64,000 bases of DNA from Planctomycetota bacterium (GTDB lineage Bacteria > Planctomycetota > PLA2 > JAEUHO01): positions 1 through 64,000 of the forward strand of contig JBFWRP010000020.1 in NCBI GenBank assembly GCA_050248855.1. The letters are read 5' to 3'. Below are positions 17,917 to 28,147 of the stretch, one piece after another (positions within the stretch are counted from its first letter, which is position 1; each line of letters begins with the position of its first letter). The notes under the pieces are model-generated. The model was not told the DNA's origin and made no database searches. It saw nothing but the letters and a program-made list of their open reading frames with translations. The position numbers and the translations under genes were made by a program.

Positions 17917-19158
17917 ATGGCGGCACGGCTGGCCGAGCGCATGGGACGGATGGGCACCGAGGCCGCGTTCCGGGTGTTCGCGCGCGCGAAGGCCCTGGAG
18001 GCCGCTGGCCGCGACATCGTGCACTTGGAGATGGGGGAGCCGGACTTCCCGACGCCCGCCTTCATCCGACGGGCCGGTGAGGCCGCCATCGAAGCGGGTC
18101 GTACCGGCTACGCACCGGCGGCGGGGGTTCCCGCCCTTCGCGAGGCCATCGCCCGGCACCTGCACGCCACCCGTGGCCTGCGGTACGAGCCCTCCCAGGT
18201 GGTGGTCATGCCGGGCGGCAAGCCCGTCATCTTCGCGACGTACCTCGCGCTCGTGGAGCCCGGCGACGAGGTCGTCTACCCCGATCCGGGCTTCCCGATC
18301 TTCGAGTCGATGACCGATGCGCTCGGGGCCGTGCGGCGCCCGTGGTTCCCGGGGTCCGGCACGGCCACGCGTCCGGACATCGACCGGCTGGCGTCGCTTC
18401 TGGGTCCGCGCACGAAGCTGCTCGTGCTGAACAGCCCGGGCAACCCGACCGGCGTCGTCTACCGCCACGACGAGCTCGAGGCCATCGCGCGGCTGTGCGT
18501 CGAGCATGACGTGTTCGTGCTGTCGGACGAGATCTACAGCCGCATCCTGTTCGATGGCGCCGAGCACACGAGCATCGCCACGTTTCCCGGCATGGCCGAG
18601 CGCACGGTGCTGTTGGACGGGTTCTCCAAGACCTGGAGCATGACCGGCTGGCGGCTGGGATGGGGGGCTGCGCCGCCGGCCGTGGCCGCGGCCTTCGAGA
18701 AGATCATGACGAACACCACCAGCTGCGCCGTGCACTTCGCACAGTACGCCGCACTGGCCGCCTTGGAGGGGCCGGACGACGAGGTCCGTGCGATGGTCCG
18801 CGCGTTCCAGGAGCGTCGCGACGCGCTCGTGGACGGGTTGGCCACGCTGCCCGGCGTGACCTGCGATCGACCGCAGGGCTCGTTCTTCGCGTTCGCCGAC
18901 GTTCGTGGGACGGGGCTCGACGCCACGGTGCTCGCCGGCCGCTTCCTGGAGGACGCCGGCGTGGCCTGCGTCGAGGGGCCTGCCTTCGGGGCAGGGGGGG
19001 CGGGCCACGTGCGCTTCAGCTTCGCGGCCGACGTGCGGCGCATCCGGGAGGCGATCACGCGGCTCGAGAGGCTGTTCGGGAACACTCCGTCGCGAGGGCA
19101 CGAGGGCCGAAGCGAGGCACGGGCACGACGGGAACCCGGGCCGGAGGCGCTCTCCTGA
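17917..19158 (+). CDS. aspC: PLP-dependent class I/II aminotransferase (aspartate aminotransferase-like)
   Basis: Motifs GEPDF, NSPGNPTG, SDEIY and GFSKTWSMTGWRLG. The last ~30 aa are encoded by the MITE-like copy. Confidence 0.9.
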   Translation: MAARLAERMGRMGTEAAFRVFARAKALEAAGRDIVHLEMGEPDFPTPAFIRRAGEAAIEAGRTGYAPAAGVPALREAIARHLHATRGLRYEPSQVVVMPGGKPVIFATYLALVEPGDEVVYPDPGFPIFESMTDALGAVRRPWFPGSGTATRPDIDRLASLLGPRTKLLVLNSPGNPTGVVYRHDELEAIARLCVEHDVFVLSDEIYSRILFDGAEHTSIATFPGMAERTVLLDGFSKTWSMTGWRLGWGAAPPAVAAAFEKIMTNTTSCAVHFAQYAALAALEGPDDEVRAMVRAFQERRDALVDGLATLPGVTCDRPQGSFFAFADVRGTGLDATVLAGRFLEDAGVACVEGPAFGAGGAGHVRFSFAADVRRIREAITRLERLFGNTPSRGHEGRSEARARREPGPEALS

Positions 19159-19241
19159 CCATCGAGGGCCCGGATTCGCGTCCGGCCGTGGCGCAGCGAG
19201 AGACGCGGTGCCCGCAGCAGGAGGTGTTTCCGGACGGACTC
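19068..19241 (-). mobile_element. 174-bp MITE-like repeat, copy 3 (inverted)
   Basis: The reverse complement aligns end to end with 90-263. It overlaps the 3' end of the aminotransferase. Confidence 0.8.
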
Positions 19242-19374
19242 CATGGCCCGCTGGCGCCTGCGGATTGACGGGCCGCACACGGAGCGCTCGTCCGAATCCT
19301 CCCGTCCCCCCGGGACCCGGCCATCATGGCGGCTCGTGCCCGTCGCCAAGCCGGCAGGAAGAGGAGGACGAGCC

Positions 19375-21522
19375 ATGCGCTTTCCCATCAAGTCCCTAGC
19401 AGTCGGGGCGCTGGCCCTGATGGCGTTCACCCTGGCACGCGGCTTCGCCGAGCCCGAGAGCCCCTGGCGGCTCCAGGACCGCATCCACGGCGAGGCGTTG
19501 GCGTTCCTCAGCATCGAGGACGTAGCCGGTACGGGGGCGCGGCTGGAGCAGACGGCGCTGGCCAAGATGTTCGCCGAGCCGGAGATGAAGGCCTTCCTCC
19601 AGCCGCTGATGGCGATGGCCGAGCAGATGACGGGCGAGCAGGGCCCGCTGGCGCAGATGCCGCCCGCCGTACGCTCGCTGCTCGAGCAGATCGGCAACCT
19701 GCAGGGGCAGATCGCGATCGCCCTCCTGGGCATGGACCCGGCGACCGGGCAGCCGACCGTGGTGGCCAGCCTCGACTTCGGCAAGAACGTGGCGAGCTTC
19801 CAGCAGTTCCTGCAGACCGCCAAGGACGAGCTCGACCCCGAGGGCGAGCATGTCAAGGTCGTCGAGCGCGGCGGTCGCTCGTGGTGGGACATCCGCTTCG
19901 AGGGCGGCCCGCCGCTGACGGCCACGGTGCACGGCACCACGTTCGTGATGGGTACCGACCCGGACGCCATGGCCGGCCTGCTCGATGGCCAGGCGCACGC
20001 GGCCTTGTCGGCCGAAGGCGGCACGTTCACGTCGCTCCGCACGCGCGCCGGCGGCGACGACCTGGCCGTCTTCGCCTACGTCAACGTGCCGCGCATCGTG
20101 GAGCTGCTGCGGGACGGACCGCTCGGTGACCGCGAGCTGGCCATGGCCAACGCGCTGGGGCTCGACACCGTCCGCGGCGTGGCCTACGGCATGAGCTTCC
20201 AGGGCGACGGCTTCCGCGACGCCTTCCTGCTCGACACGACCGGCGCCGAGCACGGGTTGGCCACGTTGCTGGACATGCCGCCCTACGAGCCGCGCTTCCT
20301 GAAGCACGTGCCCGCCAACGCCTTCTACTACGCCGAGGGTAAGGCCTCCTACGACCAGCTCATCGAGAAGGTCCGTGGGATCGCCAAGGCGATCGATCCG
20401 CGTGCGGTCGAGGAGATGGACCAGGGGCTGGCGTGGATCGGCGACCAGCTGGGTGTCGACATCGAGGGCGAGCTGCTCGCCGGTCTCGACGGCAGCGCAG
20501 CCGCCTACGCGGCGTTCCCCGAGACGGGCGGCCTGTTCCCGGAGTACGTCTACTTCCTGGGCGCCAAGGACCCCACGGCCTTCGAGGCCACGATGGACCG
20601 CTTCGTCCAGGGCCTGGCGGGCATGCTCACGCAGGAAGGCGACGTCATCGCCACCACCCGCACGCTCGACTACCGCGGTGTCACGCTGCACGTGCTCGAG
20701 CTGCAGGGCGACCGCCGTCGCGAGATGGTGCCCTTCATGCCGACCTGGGCGCGCTTGGGCGATGCCTTCGCGATCTCGCTCGTGCCGCACACCTTGAAGG
20801 AAGTGGTCCTGCGCGCCGAGTCCGGCGGGCCGGCCCACGGCGGGCTCGCCGCCCAGGAGGACTTCCAGGAGATCCTCGCGGCTCGGCCGCGGGACGCGGG
20901 CACCGTCGGCTACCTGGATCTCCAGGGCATCCTGACGCTGCTCTACGACACGGGCGCGCCCCTGCTGCAGATGCTGGTCAAGCCCAACATGCTGCCGCCG
21001 GACATGCCGCCGATGGACTTCGCGCTGCTGCCGGCCACGCGCACGCTCCGGCCGTACCTGCGCAGCGTGGGCATCTACTCCACGTGGAACCGCGACGGCA
21101 TCAGCGTGGCCGTGCAGGGCCCGATCCCCATGGCGGCCGTGGTGATGGCGGTTGCGGCGGTCGCCGGCTTCGCGATGGCTCGCGGCGTGGCGATGGCCCC
21201 CGCCCAGGAGGCGGAGCTCGATCGTGTCATGCGCAAGCCCACGGAGGCCTCGAGCCTGGAGCGCGTGCAGCGCGACATGGCCGAGATCCAGGCCCGCGAC
21301 CTCGCCCGCTCCGTGCGGCTCTTCGTGCTGAAGAACGACCGCATCCCGGACACGCTCGAGGAGCTCATCGAGTCCGACGTGGTCAAGGTGCTGCCCAAGG
21401 ACCCGTGGGGCAACTCGTTCCGCTTCGTTCCCGTCGACACGGCGGCCAAGCGCTTCCAGCTGGTGAGCGCCGGGCCCGACGGCGACCTGGGTACGGGCGA
21501 CGACATCTCGATCGACGGCTGA
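19375..21522 (+). CDS. exported protein with large N-terminal domain and C-terminal T2SS GspG-like pseudopilin domain
   Basis: Signal peptide and GAGGAGG RBS. C-terminus LPKDPWGNSFRF...LVSAGPDGDLGTGDDI. Confidence 0.8.
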   Translation: MRFPIKSLAVGALALMAFTLARGFAEPESPWRLQDRIHGEALAFLSIEDVAGTGARLEQTALAKMFAEPEMKAFLQPLMAMAEQMTGEQGPLAQMPPAVRSLLEQIGNLQGQIAIALLGMDPATGQPTVVASLDFGKNVASFQQFLQTAKDELDPEGEHVKVVERGGRSWWDIRFEGGPPLTATVHGTTFVMGTDPDAMAGLLDGQAHAALSAEGGTFTSLRTRAGGDDLAVFAYVNVPRIVELLRDGPLGDRELAMANALGLDTVRGVAYGMSFQGDGFRDAFLLDTTGAEHGLATLLDMPPYEPRFLKHVPANAFYYAEGKASYDQLIEKVRGIAKAIDPRAVEEMDQGLAWIGDQLGVDIEGELLAGLDGSAAAYAAFPETGGLFPEYVYFLGAKDPTAFEATMDRFVQGLAGMLTQEGDVIATTRTLDYRGVTLHVLELQGDRRREMVPFMPTWARLGDAFAISLVPHTLKEVVLRAESGGPAHGGLAAQEDFQEILAARPRDAGTVGYLDLQGILTLLYDTGAPLLQMLVKPNMLPPDMPPMDFALLPATRTLRPYLRSVGIYSTWNRDGISVAVQGPIPMAAVVMAVAAVAGFAMARGVAMAPAQEAELDRVMRKPTEASSLERVQRDMAEIQARDLARSVRLFVLKNDRIPDTLEELIESDVVKVLPKDPWGNSFRFVPVDTAAKRFQLVSAGPDGDLGTGDDISIDG

Positions 21523-21580
21523 GCCAAGCCGTGGGGTGCCCGCCGTTGCGCGGGCGCCCCGGTTCGGACAGGCTGATCGG

Positions 21581-22606
21581 ATGCACGACTTCCGTAGCGA
21601 CACCGTGACGCGCCCGACGCCGGAGATGCGCCAGGCCATGGCGGAGGCGGAGGTCGGGGACGACGTGCTCGAAGTCGATCCGACCGTCGCCACGCTCCAG
21701 GAAGAGGCGGCGCAGCTGTTCGGGCGCGAGTCCGCGCTGTTCGTGCCCTCGGGCAGCATGGGCAACCAGATCGCCGCGCGACTCCATGCCAGCGCGGGCG
21801 AGGAGGTCGCGCTCGGCGACGGCAGTCATTCCTTCGACTGGGAGATGGGGGCTTTGGCGGCCCTGAGCGGGTTGCAGGCCCGTCCCCTGCCGGCCCCGCG
21901 GGGTCGGATCGACGTGGAAGCCGCGCGCGTGGCGCTGCGTCCGGCGCCCGCGGGACACCGTCCCGCCTGTCGTCTGTTGATCGTGGAGAACACGCACAAC
22001 TTCCACGGCGGCGCGATCGTCCCGCTCGACCACCTGCAGGCGCTGCGCGCCGTGTGCCGCGAGCGCGATGCCGCGCTCCACCTCGACGGCGCACGACTCT
22101 GGAACGCCGCGGCGGCCACGGGCACGCCTTTGCCTGCGTACGGCGCCGTCGCCGACAGCCTCATGGTGTGCCTCTCCAAGGGCCTTTGCGCCCCCGTCGG
22201 CTCGCTCCTGATCGGCGACCGGTCGCTGATCGAGCGGGCGCGCCACGTGCGCAAGCTCTTCGGCGGCGGGATGCGCCAAGTGGGGGTCTTGGCGGCTCCT
22301 GCCCGCATCGCCCTGGCCCGCATGCGCGGTCGGCTCGGCGACGATCACGCCCGCGCCGCGCGCCTGGCCGCAGGTCTGGCGAGACTCCCGGGGGTCACGC
22401 TCCCCTTGGGTCCTCCGGACACGAACATCGTCTTTGCCGCGTTCGGGGGCCGGGCGGCGTCGGACCTGGTTGCGGCGCTGGAGCGGCGCGACGTCCGCGC
22501 CATCGCCACGGGACCCTCCACGATCCGCTTCGTGACGCACCACGACGTCGGCGACGAGAGCGTGGACGTCGCGCTGGCCGCGCTCGAGGGCGCCCTCGCC
22601 GCATGA
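21581..22606 (+). CDS. ltaE: low-specificity L-threonine aldolase
   Basis: Motifs DFRSDTVT, ENTHN, HLDGARLWNA and CLSKGLCAPVGS. Confidence 0.93.
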   Translation: MHDFRSDTVTRPTPEMRQAMAEAEVGDDVLEVDPTVATLQEEAAQLFGRESALFVPSGSMGNQIAARLHASAGEEVALGDGSHSFDWEMGALAALSGLQARPLPAPRGRIDVEAARVALRPAPAGHRPACRLLIVENTHNFHGGAIVPLDHLQALRAVCRERDAALHLDGARLWNAAAATGTPLPAYGAVADSLMVCLSKGLCAPVGSLLIGDRSLIERARHVRKLFGGGMRQVGVLAAPARIALARMRGRLGDDHARAARLAAGLARLPGVTLPLGPPDTNIVFAAFGGRAASDLVAALERRDVRAIATGPSTIRFVTHHDVGDESVDVALAALEGALAA

Positions 22607-23763
22607 AGCGTGTCGTCCGGGTCGTGACGCGGTTGAACCGCGGCGGTCCGTCGCGGCAGATCGAGGCGCTTGCACCGCGCCTGGCCGAGCGCGGCTGGTC
22701 CGGTCCGGTGTTGGCCGGCTGGCCGGAGCCGGGCGAGGGCGATGCCTTCGAAGACCTCGGCCGTCTCGGCGTCCCCGTGCTGCGCGTGCCGTCGCTGCGG
22801 CGCGGGCTCTCGCCGCGGCGCGACGCGCGCGCGCTGCGGGAGCTGCTGGGGCTCCTGGAGAGCGAGCGTCCCGACATCCTCCACACGCACCAGGGCAAGG
22901 CCGGCGCGCTCGGGCGGCGTGCTGCACGGCGGCTGGGGATTCCCGTCGTGCACACGTTCCACGGCCATCACTTCGACACGCCGGGCTGGCGGGGCTGGCT
23001 GGTGCGGCGTGTGGAGCGGGAGCTCGCGCGATCGACCGACGCCCTCGTGGCGCTTTCGTCGCGCCAGGCGGACGACTTGCGTCGCGCCCTGGGTCCGCGC
23101 CATGCGCCGCGCATCGTCGTGATTGCGCCGGCCCTGGATGCGGACGCGTTCGCAGCGGCCGCGTCGGCGGAGACCGTGCAGCGTCCGGCCGCGGGACGCT
23201 GGCGTGTGCTCTTCCTCGGACGCCTGGTGGCGGTGAAGCGCGTGGACCGCTTGATCGAGGCCACGGCCCTGTTGCGGGAGCGCGGCCGCGACGTGGAGCT
23301 GCACCTCGCGGGTGACGGTCCGTTGCGGGTCGCGTTGGAGCAGCAGGCGAGGGCGCGTGGCGTACACGAGCACGTTCGCTTCCTCGGTACCCTCGACCGC
23401 CCGCAGCCCCATGTCGTCGCGGCCGATGTCGTCGCACTGGCATCGCAGAGCGAGGGCACGCCGCTGGCGCTGCTCGAAGCCATGGCGCTCCAGCGGCCGG
23501 TCGTCGCGCCCGCGGTGGGGGGCATCCCGGACATCGTGAGCGACGGGGTCCAGGGTCGGCTCGTGGAGGACGCGTCCCCCGCCACGCTCGCCGCAGCCCT
23601 GGAGCACGTCCTTGCCGACCGCGCGCGGGCGCGGGCGATGGGCCAGGCCGCAGGGCGTCACGTGCGCGATCGTTTCGGCCCCGAGCGCCTCGCCGACGAG
23701 ACCGCCGCCCTCTACGACCGCCTGACGAACGGCGTCCAGGGGCGCGTACCATCGGCGCCATGA
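22603..23763 (+). CDS. glycosyltransferase family 4
   Basis: Motifs TRLNRGGP, HTFHGH, GRLVAVKR and SEGTPLALLEAMA. ATGA overlap with ltaE. Confidence 0.9.
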   Translation: MKRVVRVVTRLNRGGPSRQIEALAPRLAERGWSGPVLAGWPEPGEGDAFEDLGRLGVPVLRVPSLRRGLSPRRDARALRELLGLLESERPDILHTHQGKAGALGRRAARRLGIPVVHTFHGHHFDTPGWRGWLVRRVERELARSTDALVALSSRQADDLRRALGPRHAPRIVVIAPALDADAFAAAASAETVQRPAAGRWRVLFLGRLVAVKRVDRLIEATALLRERGRDVELHLAGDGPLRVALEQQARARGVHEHVRFLGTLDRPQPHVVAADVVALASQSEGTPLALLEAMALQRPVVAPAVGGIPDIVSDGVQGRLVEDASPATLAAALEHVLADRARARAMGQAAGRHVRDRFGPERLADETAALYDRLTNGVQGRVPSAP

Positions 23764-24725
23764 GCGTCGACCGTCCCCCGCCGGCGACCGGGTCGGTGCA
23801 CCCGCTGCGCGACCCGTCGCTGAAGCCGCCGGAGGCGCCGCGCGAGCGGCTGGCCCCGTGGCTCAAGAAGCGCCTGCCGCCCCAGGACAAGGTGCGCGAG
23901 GTGAAGGCGCTCGTCGAGGGCCTGGACCTCCATACGGTCTGCCAGAGCGCGCGCTGCCCCAACCTCAACGAGTGCTGGTCGCGCAAGGCGGCCACCTTCA
24001 TGATCCTGGGCGACATCTGCACGCGTACGTGTCGCTTCTGCACGGTGCCCAAGGGCAAGCCGCTGGCGCTGGACACGCGCGAGCCCGAGCACGTGGCCGA
24101 GGCGGCCGCCCGGCTGGGCTTGCGCCACGTCGTCATCACGTCGGTCGATCGCGACGACCTGCCCGACCAGGGCAGCGGGCACTTCGCCGCGACGATCGAG
24201 GCCGTGCGCAAGCGCCTCCCCGAGAGCGTGATCGAGGTGTTGACGCCCGACTTCCGCGGGGATGCCGGCTGCGCGGATCGCGTGGCCGATGCCGGCCCGG
24301 ACATCTTCAACCACAACCTCGAGACGGTTCCGCGCCTGTACAAGCGCGTGCGACCGGGTGCCGGCTACCAGCGAAGCCTCGACCTGCTGGCGCGCGTCAA
24401 GGAACGGCATCCCGAGCAGTTCACCAAGTCCGGTCTCATGCTGGGCCTGGGCGAGGGCGAAGACGAGCTGGGCCAGGTGCTGGCCGACCTGCGCGCCCAC
24501 GGCGTCGACATCCTCACGCTCGGTCAGTACCTGCGGCCCACGTTGGCCCAGCTGCCCGTCGAACGCTTCATCCCGCCGGAGGAGTTCGACGGCTGGCGGG
24601 ACCGGGCGCTCGCGATGGGCTTCAAGGCCGCCGCTTGCGGGCCCTTCGTGCGTTCCTCGTACAACGCCGAGGCGGTCTACGAGATGCTGGGCGCGCGCTC
24701 GGGCGCCGGCAGCGACAGCGTCTGA
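23760..24725 (+). CDS. lipA: lipoyl synthase
   Basis: CX4CX5C (CQSARCPNLNEC), radical SAM CTRTCRFC and RSSY motifs. Confidence 0.97.
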   Translation: MSVDRPPPATGSVHPLRDPSLKPPEAPRERLAPWLKKRLPPQDKVREVKALVEGLDLHTVCQSARCPNLNECWSRKAATFMILGDICTRTCRFCTVPKGKPLALDTREPEHVAEAAARLGLRHVVITSVDRDDLPDQGSGHFAATIEAVRKRLPESVIEVLTPDFRGDAGCADRVADAGPDIFNHNLETVPRLYKRVRPGAGYQRSLDLLARVKERHPEQFTKSGLMLGLGEGEDELGQVLADLRAHGVDILTLGQYLRPTLAQLPVERFIPPEEFDGWRDRALAMGFKAAACGPFVRSSYNAEAVYEMLGARSGAGSDSV

Positions 24726-24730
24726 CGCGC

Positions 24731-26047
24731 ATGGGCCAGCGCGTCGCGTACGTCGAGGCGCCGTCGGGCATCGCCGGCGACATGCTGCTCGGGGCGCTCG
24801 TGGACCTGGGGCTGCCGCTCGAGGTCCTGGAGGACGTCGCGTCGCGCCTGGGCGTCGGAGGCCTCTCCGTGCGCGCGGAGCGGGTGGACAAGAACGGGCT
24901 CTCCGCCGTGCAGGTGGACGTGCTGCTGGACGGACGGCGCGTGGGCTCGGCCGGGCACGAACCCGACCACCGGCACGATCGCGATCACGGTCATGCGCAC
25001 GACCACGGTCATGCGCACGACCACGGGCACGACCACCACGATGATCGACACCACGTCCACGCGCACGAGCACGGCCATGTCCCGCACCACCATCTCGCCG
25101 ACGTGCGCCGGCTGCTCGAGCGGCTCGGTCCATTCGATGCGCCGCCGTTGGACCGGGCGTGGTCCGCCTTCGAGGCCCTCGCCGTAGCCGAGGCGCGCGT
25201 GCATGGCGTGACGCCCGAGGAGGTCGCCTTCCACGAGGTGGGCGCCGCCGACGCCGTGCTCGACATCGCCGGCGCGTGCCTCGGCCTGGCCCACTTGGGC
25301 GTCGAGCGGGTGGTCGTGGGGCCGTTGCCGTGGGGCCGCGGCACGGTGCGCTGCGCGCATGGCCTGATGCCCAACCCGGCGCCGGCCACCGTGCACCTGC
25401 TGGCGGGGCATCCGACGGTGCCGAGCGAGGCCACCTTCGAGCAGGTCACGCCGACCGGCGCCGCGCTCGTACGCGCCCTGGCCGCAGGCCACGACGTGCC
25501 CGCGGGCTTCGTCCCCGAGCGCGTGGGCCTCGGCGCCGGGCGCCACCCGGGCCAGGGCCTGCCCAACGTCGTGCGCGTCACGATCGGCACGGCGCCGCCC
25601 GTGACCTCGCGCCAGCGCGTCTGGCAGGTCGAGACGAACGTGGACGACATCTCCGGCGCCGTGGTCGCGCACGCCCTGGAGCAGGTGCGCGAGGCGGGCG
25701 CGCTCGATGCATGGGCCGTGCCCGTGACCATGAAGAAGGGCCGACCTGGCGTGATCCTGGGCGTGCTCGCGGACGAGGGCGTGCGTTCCGCCGTGGAAGC
25801 CGTGCTCTTGCGCGAGACGGGCTCGCTCGGCGTCCGGGCGTTCCCCGTCGAGCGCCGCATCCTGGCCCGTCACCACGTGCGCGTGGCCACGCCGTACGGC
25901 GAGGTGCGGGTCAAGGTGCGCACCGACACGGACGGCCCCGAGGGCATGCCGGAGCTGGACGACTGCCGGCGCCTGGCCGAGGCCGCGGGCGTGGCCATGC
26001 GGCTCGTGCTGCAGGCGGCGCAGGCCGCCTACGACGCCTCGCGCTGA
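24731..26047 (+). CDS. larC: nickel pincer cofactor biosynthesis protein LarC
   Basis: SGIAGDMLLGAL, a His-rich insert, FHEVGAAD, ETNVDD and MKKGRPG. Confidence 0.92.
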   Translation: MGQRVAYVEAPSGIAGDMLLGALVDLGLPLEVLEDVASRLGVGGLSVRAERVDKNGLSAVQVDVLLDGRRVGSAGHEPDHRHDRDHGHAHDHGHAHDHGHDHHDDRHHVHAHEHGHVPHHHLADVRRLLERLGPFDAPPLDRAWSAFEALAVAEARVHGVTPEEVAFHEVGAADAVLDIAGACLGLAHLGVERVVVGPLPWGRGTVRCAHGLMPNPAPATVHLLAGHPTVPSEATFEQVTPTGAALVRALAAGHDVPAGFVPERVGLGAGRHPGQGLPNVVRVTIGTAPPVTSRQRVWQVETNVDDISGAVVAHALEQVREAGALDAWAVPVTMKKGRPGVILGVLADEGVRSAVEAVLLRETGSLGVRAFPVERRILARHHVRVATPYGEVRVKVRTDTDGPEGMPELDDCRRLAEAAGVAMRLVLQAAQAAYDASR

Positions 26048-26991
26048 GCTGCGGGAGTGCGCGGGGCCAGCGCCGTGGCCACCGTGGCCGTGGCGAAGGG
26101 CACCACGATCCAGAACGAGCGTGGCTCGTGCAGGATGTAGTGCTGGCTGACGTAGGCCGCGACGCCCAAGGGCAGCGCGAGCCAGCCGATGCGCACGAAG
26201 GTCGGCACGCGCGCCCAGCCGACGAGCAGCGCCACCAGCAGGGGTGCGATCCACGGCGCCTGGAACCAGAGCGTCTTGTGGAGATCCTGGTTCCACCAGG
26301 GACTGTCGCCGTCGATGTGCCCGCGATGGCCACCGAGCGACCAGCGTACGGCGAGCGGCACGGCCAACGAGGCGGCCAGGACGACCAGCATCGACAGCGT
26401 CGTGCGCAGGAGAGGGCGTCCACGCACGAGGCGCAGCAGCCCGGCCAACGCCGCGAAGGCCGCGTGCTTCTCCCACACCATGCCGAGCGCCAACGAGCCG
26501 AGCGCGAGCATCCCGAGCGGGGCCTCGCGCTCGTGGGCGCGCAGCAAGAGGCAGGCGCCGGCCAGGCCCCACGGCTCGTAGGGGTGGTGGAACTGCCAGC
26601 GGAACATCACGTGGGCGACGCCGACGAGCACGAGCCCGCCGAGCAGGGCATCGCGGGGACCGACGTAGGTACGCAGCCAGACATGGTGCGCCAGCACCAG
26701 GGCCACGAGCCCGAGCAGGGTGTTCCACCGGAACACCGTCTCAAGCGGCGCCCCCGTGCGCACGCGGACCTCCTCCAGCACGCGCTCGATGACGTGGCAC
26801 TTGTACTGGTAGGGGTCCGGCGCGGTGCCGGCCAGGATCTGCTCGTGCAGCTCGGCCTTGCGCTCGGCGTAGGGGCCCTCGACGGTCTCCAGATGGGCGC
26901 GCGCCATCCAGAGCGCCGCACCGAGCAGCAGCACGCCCACGATCACGCGGGAGGCTGCACGCTCGTCGTCGGTGCCAGGGAGTCCGGTCAT
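26029..26991 (-). CDS. multi-pass membrane protein, unknown function
   Basis: ATGA overlap with the upstream aminotransferase. Many TM segments. Confidence 0.7.
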   Translation of the reverse strand: MTGLPGTDDERAASRVIVGVLLLGAALWMARAHLETVEGPYAERKAELHEQILAGTAPDPYQYKCHVIERVLEEVRVRTGAPLETVFRWNTLLGLVALVLAHHVWLRTYVGPRDALLGGLVLVGVAHVMFRWQFHHPYEPWGLAGACLLLRAHEREAPLGMLALGSLALGMVWEKHAAFAALAGLLRLVRGRPLLRTTLSMLVVLAASLAVPLAVRWSLGGHRGHIDGDSPWWNQDLHKTLWFQAPWIAPLLVALLVGWARVPTFVRIGWLALPLGVAAYVSQHYILHEPRSFWIVVPFATATVATALAPRTPAAQREAS

Positions 26992-28091
26992 CCGAACAGC
27001 TCGCGGGCGGCCTGGGCCACGCCGTCCAACGCCGGCCCCAGGATCTCCTCGTCGAGGTCGTACGAGAGGCGTACGTAGGCCGGTCGCTGGAAGTAGCTGC
27101 CGGGCACCACGAGCACGCCGTGTCGTGCCTCGCACTGCGCCGCCAGGCGATCGCCCTGGTCCGCTTCCGGTCCCTCGCCGACGCGTACGAAGCCGCTGAT
27201 CCCGCCATCGGGTCGCACCCAGCTCACGTGGTCCGTGGCCTCGATCCAGCGGTCCACCTGCTGAAGGCGCCAGGCCGCGCGGTCGCGGATGATCGCGGCG
27301 CGCTCCCGGCCGTGGGCCACGTAGCGCGCCGCTTGCGCCATCAAGGTTCCCGAGAGCGCCGGGCAGACCACGTCGTCGACTTCGGCGAGGCGCTGGATCA
27401 CCTGCTCGGTGCCCAGGATCCAACCGGCCCTCAGGTCGCCCAGCCCGTGGACCTTCGTGAGGCTCGAGGTGACGAGGAACTGCGGGCCGCGATGGACGGC
27501 CGACGGGCGCGGCACGGGGTCGAAGTCGGCATAGACCTCGTCCACGACGATCCACGCCCCGGTCGCGGCGGCCAGGTCGGCGAGCGCCTCGAAATCCTCC
27601 TTCGTCAAGCGCTTGCCCGTCGGGTTGTGCAGGTCGCTCACGAACACGAGGTCGGCGCCCTCGCGGCCAGCCTGCTGGACCGCCAACGGGTCGAAGGCCC
27701 AGCCCAGCTCGGGTCGCCGGGGGAGCGGGCGGAACGTCGCGCCGACCTGGTCCGCAATGGCCCGGAAGGCCCCGTAGCCCGGCTCCTCGGCCCAGATGCG
27801 TCCGCCGCGCGCGAGCGCCAGGCCGACCAGGAAGTTGGCATGGCTCGTGCCCACCGTCGGGTGCACCTGGCCTGGGTCCATCTCGAAGCGGGCGGCGAGG
27901 GCCTCGCGGTACGCCGTCGCACCCTGGGGGGCTCCCGACAGCGGGCCCACGCCGAGGTCGGCCAGGAGCGCGTCCGCCGGCGGGCGGATCCCGCTCATCC
28001 CCAGGTTCATCGGGCGGTCGAAGCCCAGGCGCTGCTTGGCGTAGCGCATGTAGGGAAACGGCGGCAGGGGACGGGCACGGTCGTCGGCCAT
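26988..28091 (-). CDS. PLP-dependent class I/II aminotransferase
   Basis: Motifs HNPTG, VVDEVY and SSLTKVHGLGDLRAGW. Confidence 0.88.
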   Translation of the reverse strand: MADDRARPLPPFPYMRYAKQRLGFDRPMNLGMSGIRPPADALLADLGVGPLSGAPQGATAYREALAARFEMDPGQVHPTVGTSHANFLVGLALARGGRIWAEEPGYGAFRAIADQVGATFRPLPRRPELGWAFDPLAVQQAGREGADLVFVSDLHNPTGKRLTKEDFEALADLAAATGAWIVVDEVYADFDPVPRPSAVHRGPQFLVTSSLTKVHGLGDLRAGWILGTEQVIQRLAEVDDVVCPALSGTLMAQAARYVAHGRERAAIIRDRAAWRLQQVDRWIEATDHVSWVRPDGGISGFVRVGEGPEADQGDRLAAQCEARHGVLVVPGSYFQRPAYVRLSYDLDEEILGPALDGVAQAARELFG

Positions 28092-28147
28092 GGGTACCCT
28101 CGGAGAGCGGTCGGGAACGACCCCGACCGGCGCGTGGGGATCGTGGC

